This document shows positions 48,616 through 59,492 of a stretch of DNA of 59,872 nucleotides, piece after piece (position 1 is the stretch's first letter; the number at the start of each line of letters is the position of its first letter). The stretch lies in NCBI GenBank assembly GCA_025603075.1, contig MU626385.1, positions 1 through 59,872 on the forward strand, given 5' to 3'. A model generated the notes under the pieces. The model was given only the letters and a program-made list of their open reading frames with translations. It made no database searches and was not told the origin of the DNA. A program made the position numbers and the translations under genes. The DNA is from Neoconidiobolus thromboides FSU 785. Its lineage: Eukaryota > Fungi > Entomophthoromycota.

Positions 48616-50595
48616 TTAAACATCATTATTAATAGCATCATTTTGATTTGTGTCCTTTTCTAAATCCTTTTGGTCGTTTTTATCTTGCTGGTTTTCTTCT
48701 TGGGTTTCAACTTTGTCAGCCTGTTTAGCAACACTTTCATCAATTTCTATTTCTTCCTCTTCCTTACCCTCATCCTTTGATTTATTATTTTGTTCGCTTT
48801 TAGAATCATGAATATTTCTTCTACTATCTCCTTCATCTTCAGAGTCGGATAATTCTCCTGGATGTACCCTTCGGGAATATGAATATTTTTCTACATACAA
48901 TTAAACAAATTCATAATAAAACAAATTCATTACCTGTTATTCTTATCTCTGGATCATCAATGTCTTCATCATCACTATCAACATATACGTCTCTAGGAAC
49001 CTCTTGCATTTGAACTGAGGGTGCAAATGGAAGATTTCTCATATTTTCAAATACAAACGATCTAAAGTTATGTAAATAAATAAACTTGAAAAATAATAGT
49101 ACTAATTACTTAATCCTATCTAAATATTGTAATGAATTTAAATTATCCATATTATTTGAAGGTACAGTAAGTTTATATTCTGGCCCATAGTAGTTAAAAT
49201 ATTCATTATAAGGAAGATCTTCTTCTACAGTTTTTCCTACTAAAACTGAAGTTTCATATGTCCAAGCTCTTGCTACATTTCGGATTGAATACCCTCCTCC
49301 TCCAAGTACAAGTAAAGGGACATTAAATGTTTTCACAAACTCAACACAATTACCATGACCTAATTAGATATTTAAAGTTATTATTTAATTTCATAGAGTT
49401 TTGAGGTGTTAAGTAGTATGTTATAAATTTTAGTACCTTTTCCTGAAAGATTGAAACAGCCTAAACGATCACCTGCTAAAGAATCAGCACCACATTGTAA
49501 TACAATTGCTCCAGGTCTATAAAATTCCATCACTCTTGAAATAACTGATCGAAAAATATAATCATAGGAAATATCATCTATTCCATCTTTTAAAGGGAAA
49601 TTTATGGCATAATACTTTCCTCTGTTTAACCCTACATCTTTTAAATCCCCAGTACCTGGAAAATATTCACCAAATTTATGAAATGAAACGGTCATCACTC
49701 TATCAGTTGTATAGAATGCTTCTTCCACTCCATCTCCATGATGTACATCAATGTCAATATATAATACTCTTTGGTGATATCTTAAATAAAATAAGCTTAA
49801 CTCTTTAAATGTATATAGAAATAAAAGTACCTTAATAGTTGTATTATAGAAAGAACAATATCATTGACGTAACAGAATCCTGATGCCTCGTTCTTTTTAG
49901 CATGATGCAAGCCTCCAGACCAATTAATAACTATATCACTACGACCCGAGTTTAAATTTACAGCACCATCTTATATATTAACTATTAAATACTATTTGAT
50001 ATTGAAAAATAGTTTACCTATTGAGCCACCAGCACTGATCTCGCAAAATTCAAATAACCCCTCGTAAACTGGACAATCCTCTCCAGCAAAAACTAAAAAA
50101 GAGTTAATTGAAAAAGCTGATTTGAAATAATTTACATTTATTTTGATGAGGTCCAAAATACTCAGCATTCTCAGGGGTGACTCTTGAAATGAAGTCAATA
50201 TAATCATCAGTATGAAATGCAGTCATTTGGGCTCTAGTTGCACGAGAGGGTTGCTATTAAAATTATAAATACAAATTAAACTCGAAGTGATATAACTTAC
50301 TAAAATTTCCATATGTTTATACAGACCATAAGAATTAACCAAGCTATTTACCATTCTCATCCTATGTGGCTTCATTGGGTGTCCTTTTTAAAGTTAGTCT
50401 ATTTCTAATTATAAATGAACCATTTACCAGAAGCAAATTGATAGTTTCCGACATCCTCTAATAATTTAAATTAGTATAAGATATTGTTAATGAATATTAA
50501 TGAGTGTTGTGATATTTGTTCTTGTATAGACCTTATATTGAATGAATACGTGACTTACTGTCATAGAAGTAAGATACAGTAGGGTTATGTGACAT
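48616..50595 (-). CDS. RPD3: Class I histone deacetylase Rpd3/HDAC1-like, multi-exon
   Basis: [115 protein letters not shown], acidic tail. Confidence 0.96.
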
Positions 50596-51112
50596 TAGTT
50601 TTGATTATTTTAAGAAAATGATAAATTAAGATTTTTTTTGAATAATTTAGTATTACGTTTATGCAAAATGACTTGAGAAAATGCAAAGGATGGATTTGAG
50701 TAAATTTCAATTGCTTTATAATAAAAAATCAAAGTAATTATTTATAATAATGCTATATTTTTTATAATAAATTTTCTTAGTATTTTCATTAGTTTATCTA
50801 AAACTATACTACTAATTAAAGACTATACTACAGAAGTAATAAAGTATACAGCTATTTTTTTGAGCTTTGTTATTATTGACATTATTTGATTTTTTATAAA
50901 CCAAAGTCAATATAATAATATAATAGTGAAATAAATAAGAATGATTATGAAAACTTCATTAATCACATATTAAAATTTTTTATAAGTTTGAATGTAAGTT
51001 TAAAAAAAACATTTATCTTTTCGCATATTAGTAAAAATATAAGATATTAAAATTATATATATAAGCAATATCAAGTAAATACTGTGTTAGATATCATCAT
51101 TTGGCAAAATGT

Positions 51113-51207
51113 GAGAATGTATTTTTCTAAGAATTTTATCAACAGTTTTTCCATTCAAATAGCGCTTAAGAAACAGAAGAAGTAATAAAACCAAAAAAAA
51201 CATCTTC
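51113..51207 (+). mobile_element. MITE copy 22
   Basis: GAGAATGTATTTTT...CCAAAAAAAACATCTTC; TSD ATGT/ATGT. Confidence 0.86.
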
Positions 51208-53955
51208 ATGTATTTTATATGTTACAGTATAAAGGATCTTGACAAGAATTAGATTTAGATAAAATCAAAATGACACACAAATATCAACATAAAACATCAG
51301 CTGACATATTATTTTGAATATTCACTCTTGTATTAAATAAATATGAATTAAATTTTATGTGTATAATTTAAACAGAAGACGTAATAATACTTTGAAATTA
51401 TATTAAAATTTGTTTTTAAAATAAAATAAAAAAATAACATAAACTTTGATTTAAAAACGTAAATGATAGTACAAAGTAAAACAATAGCACCTTATATAAG
51501 GACAGTAGTCTTCTAAAAATCTTGAATGAGTTAGACTTTTAAACAGTTTATTGTTATAGATAATTAAAACAATGATAGTCTTTATATAAAAATCATAAAA
51601 GTAATCCTCAAAACATCTTTTGTATACATCAAAAACTAATCTAAACATAATTATCATTATTATTGCTAAGATTAATATTATAACAATGATTTTAATGATT
51701 TGTTTTAGAACTAATTCTTATTTAAATTGACCTTGATCTTAACATTCAATAGCTAAATCATTTTTCTATAGCAGATCATTTAATTATGATTTTAAAAAAA
51801 TTATATTCATACACTACTGAGATTGTATTGTATATCTAAAAAGTAACAAAAGTCAAAAAAGTCGTTATGATAAAGTCATTCCTAAAAAATTAACTCGGAG
51901 TATTCTTTATAAAACTTAAAACTTCAACTCACAATAACATTTTATCTAGTAATCATTCCTATTTATTTATAATTTGTAATTCCAAATTATTGTTATTCTA
52001 ACTTTGACCTTTTGAAATATTAACCAAATTAGGTTATTATTTTTGAACATAAACATTTTAAAACAAATTGAAATTTAGTTAAAAAAACATGGGTATTTTT
52101 TCAACCAAAGTTAATAATCTTAAACAGTGCACAACTTATCAAACTAGCTTTAAAAATAGTACTTTGTAAAAAGCTATTTATAGTTTTGTTTATATTTTAA
52201 ACTTTTAATATTTTTTAATACTATGAAATATTGGGATATTAGTTAAATAGAAGGATAATTATTAGTACAAACAGTAATGTGCTTTCAAACCTTAATATAA
52301 TTCCTATGCTTTAAAATTAAAAGTATTTTTCATTTTACTCATTTATTTCTCAAGAATAGCTGAAATCATACATAGTAAATTCTAAGGTAAAGTTGTAACT
52401 TATTGTCTTATTTTTAAACGTGTGTCATTGTTTTTTCTTTAATTTATTGTTTTAAGCTAAAAATAAAATTGAATTCTATATCTATATTTAGTATATTTGT
52501 ATTTATAGATTTCCTAATATTCCATGTAATTATGAATTTTAATATCAATAAACTATAAAAATTGTTAAAACGGGGATAAATGTATACTATATTGTAAATT
52601 GTATTCACATATTTGACTTTTAATAAGAAATAAAACTTCTAATAATAAACGAGTTGTATAAAGCATTTAATCCCACTATTCAAAAATACAATAAATAGAA
52701 TCATCTGTTGTTTCGAATTATAAATAAGACATATTATATGTCTAAAGTTAAGTCTTTATCTTACAAAATGATTTAATTCTTTATCAAATATTTATAAATT
52801 ACTAAAATTGTTAAAAAGTTTATTATTATTTGATTACTACATTAGTGAATATACTCTTACAATATATTAATTTAAGTCATTTAAAGGTGTTAAGGTGGAT
52901 AGTGGTCAGACTTATTATATGTGATAATATAATTTATCCTTGGCATTTATTTTTAAAAAATAACTAAAAAATGTTTAATTAATTAAATATTCTTAAATGA
53001 TATAAAAATAAAATAAAATAATAAATTAAAATCTAGATTTGATATAAAACACTTTATTTTTAATAATAAATGACGTCTAATGTAAATTAGAGGATCATAT
53101 TCTAAACTTATTTTAAATTTACACTTCCTCTTGAAAGCCCACCGTTTTTCATCACCCAATATCTCCAAATGTTTTTCAGGGGTAAATTCAAATAATAGCA
53201 AATCAAGCTAATATTATAGTTTAAGCCATAAAGATCTTAAAATTAATTCGAGTTAAAAATAGTTAATCATTTTGGAGTGGTGAGATCATTAAGCTCTTTC
53301 AACCATTTAATTAGAATAAATTGATTGATACAGAATTAGGTTGAAACTAAGTAAAGGCTTTAAATTAGGCGGCAGACTTTTAACTAAGTTGATTAATAAG
53401 CCATAAAACTTTATAGAATATCACTTACTTTTGGGCCAATTTTTAATAAATTTATTTTATGCACAATTATTAAACTAATCTTGAATTGATAATGAATTCT
53501 TATTCTTTATTTTACAAAGTATATATAATTAAACTAAATCCCTTCTCTTTCTTTATTTTATTTTTACGTTTTATTATTTCCTATCCTTTCAAGTAAAACC
53601 GGTGAGAGAATAAGTACCGTTAGTTCATAATTAAGTTTAAGGTCCTTTCAAATATTAATATTAATTTGGTTTGGCGTTGTTATTTTGTTAGGAGGTTCTA
53701 ATATTATTAAGTTGAATTTTTAACAACCATTTATTTTTTCTCCCCGAAACCTTAAATTAAACTTAATTGGTTGAGTGATTATTAACCCTACTTCACCTTA
53801 GACTATTAAAACTTTCCGTAATTGATAATTCTTTCGTATATAACAAGAATTTAATACGTTTAAACTTACGCCAACTCTTAAAATTCAAATTATAAAAGCA
53901 GCTAAAATTGCCCCTTTTTTAAATATATTTTTTTAATTATTTCAAAAATCTCAAT

Positions 53956-55086
53956 ATGCTTCAAGGCCAAAATGATACCAAGCTCAATGAAATGGAGAAA
54001 TTCAAAGTATTCTTAAAAATGCCAATAACCAAAGATTTTGTGGACATTCTAACATTAAAGACAAAGATTGTATTAGATTCAACTAGTTCAATTAAGCGTC
54101 CAATTACTCCTCCCTTGACGCCTTTATGTCCTGGAAATTCACCTTTACCAAAACTTTCTACATTTGTTCGTAACCTCATAATAAGATCAAGAGTTCAACC
54201 TGCTACATTATTTGGTACCATGGTATACTTGGAAAGGCTAAAAAGCAAATTTCAAAATATTATTGCTAAGCATGAGTGCGCTCCACATCGCATAATGTTA
54301 GCTGCATTAATAGTAGCTGGTAAATTTTTGAATGATTCTTCACCAAAAAATAAACATTGGGCTAATTACTCACAAATTTTCCACATATGTGACATCAACC
54401 TTATGGAAAAGCAAATGTTAGAGTATCTCCATTTCAATCTTATAGTTACTGAAGAAGAACTTATGAAACAATATAATAGTTTTTCTCATTTACCTCATAG
54501 TCCAAGGGAATTAGCTATTATCACCTCCATTCCATTCACACCTTCAACACCAAAATCAGGTATATTTCCACCTAGTCATAAAACTCCCTTTTCTATCCAT
54601 TTCCCAGAGATTTTAGATACAACCACAGGAAAGTATCATAAAAAAGAATTATTGACACCAATCGTATTAAGTAATATTAAGGAAGGATCAATTTTACCAA
54701 CACCTGATAGTAAAGGAAATAGAAAATACAATCCTTATCCTAAAGCAATTATTACAAAGTTAAACCATCCATCAAAAGGTTCAACACTCTATCAAAGACG
54801 TGCATCACGTAAAAAGTTAAGCAATGAGCTCACACAGCAAACTAGTTTTAAAACTAACCCAGAAATTATATTAACAGTTCCAAATACAAATATTAATAAC
54901 CCACCTCTCTCCGCACCTTTATTTAAGCAATTTCCATACCCCACTTATAGTTTAAAACAAACTACCCCTAATTATATGGCAACTGGACAAAATTGCCTTA
55001 CCTTGCCACCTTTAAGTTCAATTATGGAACAAAGCCTTTCATTAAATTTATCTTACTCTACTAACTTATTTCCTCGCTCTGGATAA
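53956..55086 (+). CDS. Pho85 cyclin, Pcl1/Pcl2-like, intronless
   Basis: LPKLSTFVRNLIIRSRVQPATL..YLERLK, HRIMLAALIVAGKFLNDSSPKNKHWA, DINLMEKQML; Ser/Thr-Pro-rich tail. Confidence 0.9.
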   Translation: MLQGQNDTKLNEMEKFKVFLKMPITKDFVDILTLKTKIVLDSTSSIKRPITPPLTPLCPGNSPLPKLSTFVRNLIIRSRVQPATLFGTMVYLERLKSKFQNIIAKHECAPHRIMLAALIVAGKFLNDSSPKNKHWANYSQIFHICDINLMEKQMLEYLHFNLIVTEEELMKQYNSFSHLPHSPRELAIITSIPFTPSTPKSGIFPPSHKTPFSIHFPEILDTTTGKYHKKELLTPIVLSNIKEGSILPTPDSKGNRKYNPYPKAIITKLNHPSKGSTLYQRRASRKKLSNELTQQTSFKTNPEIILTVPNTNINNPPLSAPLFKQFPYPTYSLKQTTPNYMATGQNCLTLPPLSSIMEQSLSLNLSYSTNLFPRSG

Positions 55087-56055
55087 AGCAATCAAAAGGT
55101 AGCACTTTGAAGCATTTTTGATCAATTTCGTTTGTATAAATTTAAAATATTAACCTCTTTTGCTCCTTTTCTTAAAATAAGCCGGTTTTAAATAAAATAA
55201 TTCATAGAATTAAAATAAATTTTAAATTAAGTTATATTGCGAATTGTAGTTAAATTTGTAACTGAAATAACCATCCTGTTTTAAACAAATATATTTAATA
55301 AATACTACTTTCAGGTAAACTGATTAGTTGAGTATAAATAATAGTTTAAACTAGAATATCAATAAATTAAAAAATATTGTTATATTGTTGTTAGACAATA
55401 CTAATATGAAAATTTCTTAGTTTAATTTTGTCCATTTATTAGGTAGCTTAAAATTTAAAAAATAACCTGATAGAATAATGATATCATTAATTTTCAAAAG
55501 CTAATAAATTAAGGTGAAATAAAGGCGAAGCATAAATAAGCTCTTTAATTTTAGAATCAATTTAACTTTGGAATTAAGATACAATAATCATGTAGTAAAA
55601 ATAAAAGATCCATGTTATTGAAATAAGATTTAAGAGCTATGAATAGATCAATAAAAGTGGTAAAAAATAACCTTTTTTATAATTTAATGATTCAAATGCA
55701 CTATATACCATATTAAGCTCTATAAATACTATATGTTTTTAATATAGCACTTCATACCACTTCTCCCTCATTAAATATTTGATGATAATCTTTTAAACGT
55801 ACATTTTCTTACACGTTTTGTATGCGTTAAAATTTAAAAGTAAAATAGTAATTGTACACATTGAATTGTTTTAAAAAAATACTTGAAAAATTATAAATAC
55901 GATTAGATAATTTCGATTGTCTTTTGTGATACCAAAACATTAACTAAAATTGTATGAGATAAAAAAATATAGTTTAACTACAATTAAAAATTTTAATGAA
56001 CTATTGGGTGTATAATTTCATATAAATTTGTGATATTATTTTTACAAGAGTATAT

Positions 56056-56154
56056 GAGGATGTGTTTTTATGTTTAAGAATTTTGTAATAATTTTTCCGC
56101 TCAAATAGCGCTTAAAAGATAGAAAAAGCAATGAAGCCAAAAAAAAACACCTTC
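56056..56154 (+). mobile_element. MITE copy 23
   Basis: GAGGATGTGTTTTT...CCAAAAAAAAACACCTTC; flanks ATAT/ACAT. Confidence 0.88.
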
Positions 56155-56273
56155 ACATATTTAATATCACTAACATTAATAACACTATAGTGGCCAATAA
56201 TTTAAGTACTTTTAATTGGCTAATTATTGCTATGATGCAAACTAATATTGGGCGATATCAAATAAAATAAAAT

Positions 56274-56364
56274 CGATGTTTTTTTCCTTTATTACTTTTT
56301 CCGTTTTTTAGTGCTATTTGAGCGGAAAAATTATTAGCAAAATTCTTAAACATAAAAATACACT
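56274..56364 (-). mobile_element. MITE copy 24
   Basis: Reverse core GCTATTTGAGCGGAAAAATTATTAGCAAAATTCTTAAACATAAAAATACAC; ends decayed. Confidence 0.8.
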
Positions 56365-56801
56365 AAAAAGATTGCCCTAAATTTACCACTTATAGATAAT
56401 CGATTTTTAATAATCCCATAAGGAAAATATTTAGTAAAAATTTGTTTCATTAAAAAAAACTAAAAACATATATATTAACTGGATTAGGTTGCACTAATCT
56501 ATAACTACTGCTTATGGTAGAGTTGATCTCAAGAAGGGTAATATTGGTATTTATAGAGTTTATAAACGGTGATTTATCAGTCTTAAGGAGCATGGTGTAG
56601 GCATGGTTGTTATAACGTAAGTTTAAATAACCAGGTCTTTAATGAGATAGGTACTGCATGAGGCTGGCAACAGAGCAATGAAAACTATCCGCACTTTAGC
56701 AGTCTTGAGATAGCTGATTTAGAGCTTTGAGTGTTATGAATCATATGAACTTTACGTTATTCAACCTGAGATTTTTATCTTTTTTTTATTATACACATAA
56801 A

Positions 56802-56900
56802 GGGGGGAATGTTTTTGACTTCATTACTTTTTCCATTTTTTAAGCGCTATTTAAGCGGAAATTTTGTTAGTAAAATCCTTAAATACAAAAGTACACCTCC
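56802..56900 (-). mobile_element. MITE copy 25
   Basis: GGGGGGAATGTTTTTGAC...AAAAGTACACCTCC. Confidence 0.87.
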
Positions 56901-57143
56901 AATAAGATTTAATTTCTAATGTAAATAAAATAATTTAAAAAATATTATAGTAGATACTATAGTTAGATATTATTTTTTTGAATTACTATCATAAATACAT
57001 AATGAAAATGTTTCATCAATGGCTAGTATTAATATAGATTTATTCATTTATATAAAGTAAAATCTTATTATTATTTGAAATAATAAATACTTATCAATAA
57101 TCAACTTGATATTAGAAACTAATACTTTATTTAAAATAAATAA

Positions 57144-57674
57144 TTAGTTGCTAAGGAATAACAAACCAAAAGCAGCTAAAGCAAGAGGAGAATAACAGAA
57201 AGCTACAGCATTTGAAGAAGATTTTGAACTTGAAGTATCTTTTGAATCTTCTTTAACATTATCCATTCTAGCTTCATAAACCTTAGTACCACACATGAAC
57301 TTACAAGTTTCATCATTATTGCATTTTTTAGTACAGTTATAAGTCTCTTCAATTACTTTTTCAGAAACTGAAGTACATTCGACTGCTTTTTTATGATCCG
57401 ATTTACCTTCTTCAAGACATCTTTTGAGTAATGCAATTTCTTTTAAATCTAATTTTTGAAGAAAAATAGTTTTGACACAAGTTTGTTTACATACTTCATC
57501 TTTACATGAACTGGCACATTTAGCTATTTCGGCTAAAACGGGTTTGGATTTTTCTTCCCCTAATTTGGTACAGATACCCTTAAGTTCATTACCAACAATA
57601 TCACATGTTAGATCGGTGGTAGCAGCTAAAGTTAAAGTAGAAAATAAAAGAGTAGAGATAATGGTAAGTTTCAT
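57144..57674 (-). CDS. Cys-rich secreted, probably GPI-anchored protein (paralog C, 12 Cys in the domain)
   Basis: MKLTIISTLLFSTLTLA; CASSCKDEVCKQTC, CLEEGKSDHKKAVEC, CTKKCNNDETCKFMC; Ser-rich linker; SPLALAAFGLLFLSN. Confidence 0.85.
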   Translation of the reverse strand: MKLTIISTLLFSTLTLAATTDLTCDIVGNELKGICTKLGEEKSKPVLAEIAKCASSCKDEVCKQTCVKTIFLQKLDLKEIALLKRCLEEGKSDHKKAVECTSVSEKVIEETYNCTKKCNNDETCKFMCGTKVYEARMDNVKEDSKDTSSSKSSSNAVAFCYSPLALAAFGLLFLSN

Positions 57675-57735
57675 ATTTTATCAAATAAATTATTAATTAA
57701 AAATGAAATCTTAAAAGGAATAAGCTATGGATGGT

Positions 57736-57747
57736 TTATATACTTTT
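57736..57747 (-). promoter_or_regulatory. Extended TATA-like motif AAAAGTATATAA
   Basis: 61 bp upstream of ATG 57674 on the minus strand. Confidence 0.42.
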
Positions 57748-58806
57748 TTTTTCTCACGGTAATTAATTAATCTAAGTACACTTACTAAATTTATACAAAA
57801 GGGGGACTAATTAAAAAAGTTCACAGTGGTAACAAGGTTCACAATCATTAAGAACTATTACATTATCAAATCATACATGATATTTTTAATTAAATTTAAA
57901 TATTTCATTGCAATTTGATGGGAAAATTATAATTTATTATTTACTTTGTATTTTTTTTAGATACATTTAAACAATAATTGTATTAACGTATTTACCGTGA
58001 ATTAGTTGCAATTATTTATAAATTAATGATAGTAACAATAACACTATAAATGTTTATTATATTGCTGTAAACACAAAATAGATCTTGTCTAATAAAAAGT
58101 GATAATATTTATAAAATTGGGTTAAAAAATATTTTTTAAATTATAATAACTGTTGAATTAGTACCAAATATACAGATAACTCAAATTCAATTATATTATT
58201 CTATTTATAATTTAGTACTATAAAACTAATAAGTTTCTATCTTCTTCAAGCTTTATAAAAAACATTTACAAATTTTTATGTAATCACATCAATGGTAGCA
58301 ATAATATCATTGATGAATAGATATAAAAACCAACACTTATTCCTATTGATGATTACATTAAAAAAATTAAGGAAATCTAATAAGAAGCCTAAATAAAGAG
58401 AATTATAAAGAAAAATGATAAAATTTTATTTATAAAATGAAAAAATACTTTTTAAATAATGGCTATAAATATATAGTAACTTTATACTAAGACACATTAT
58501 CAAAGTTATATTTTAAAATAAATGACATGTAAAAATGTCTGAATCAGTTATGTTTATTTAATTTAAAAATTAAATTATGAATAAAGTAACCAATAAAATG
58601 GTATTAAAATAAAACTTAATTTTCTAAATATTTTATATTTTATATTTTAAGAACTTTACTTAAAATTCCATAAAAACAAATTCTTTATTAAAAAACAAAT
58701 ATTTAATAGTTTCAAAAAATTATAAAAATTTAGTATATAATAATATATATATTAATACAAATGATTGTTATAAATAACTTTATAAAATATAATCTAAACA
58801 ATATAT

Positions 58807-58904
58807 GGTGATGTTTTTTTTGATTTCGTTATTTTTCCATTTTTTAAACACTATTTGAGTGGAAAAATTGTTAGTAAAATTCTTAAACATAAAAAAACAT
58901 CCCC
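58807..58904 (-). mobile_element. MITE copy 26
   Basis: GGTGATGTTTTTTTTG...AAAAAAACATCCCC; TSD ATAT/ATAT. Confidence 0.92.
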
Positions 58905-58962
58905 ATATTATGAAAATTTCATCTAATAAAATTCCATTGTTAAAAAATCATAACTAATATCT

Positions 58963-59058
58963 GGGGATGTTTGTTTGGTTTCATTACTTTTCCATTTCTT
59001 AAGCGCTATTTGAGTGGAAAAATTCTTGGTAAAATTCTTAAACACAAAAATACATCCC
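58963..59058 (-). mobile_element. MITE copy 27
   Basis: GGGGATGTTTGTTTGG...AAAAATACATCCC; flanks ATCT/ATAT. Confidence 0.9.
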
Positions 59059-59120
59059 TATATTTAAAAAATATTAGTTTAGATATTACTTTATTTCTTA
59101 AACTATTTACTATATAATAT

Positions 59121-59219
59121 GGGAGTATCTTTTTTGACTTCATTATTTTTTCCATTTTTTAAGTGCTATTTAAACGGAAAATTTGTTAGTAAAATTCTTA
59201 AATACAAAAATACATCCTC
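59121..59219 (-). mobile_element. MITE copy 28
   Basis: GGGAGTATCTTTTTTG...AAAAATACATCCTC; TSD ATAT/ATAT. Confidence 0.9.
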
Positions 59220-59492
59220 ATATTCTTTTGTTTTTATTTTTATTATTTAACTACAAAAAATATCTTTTTTTAGACAATTATATTTAGTGAATATAATAAA
59301 AAATAACTATTATAATACTTTTTTTCATCTAATTATTCAGTTAAGGTATAAGAAGGATTTTTTAATATAATAACTTAAAACTTTCTATCAACTTGGTTTT
59401 TTATATTGTATTGTATTTCTAGTAAACTTACCAAGTTTTTTTAATAGTACTTTATAAAATTTTTAATAATACCTTTTACTTTATTTGTTTCG

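Noticed and set aside
51451-51657. Track ORFs 25691, 25919, 28377 and 51451
   Set aside because: They are short and low-complexity, or overlap other features, with no coding signal.
1566-59219. The 97-bp repeat as a CRISPR array, tRNA/SINE or snoRNA
   Set aside because: It is dispersed rather than regularly spaced, has TIRs and TSDs, and shows no A/B boxes, cloverleaf, poly(A) tail or C/D boxes.
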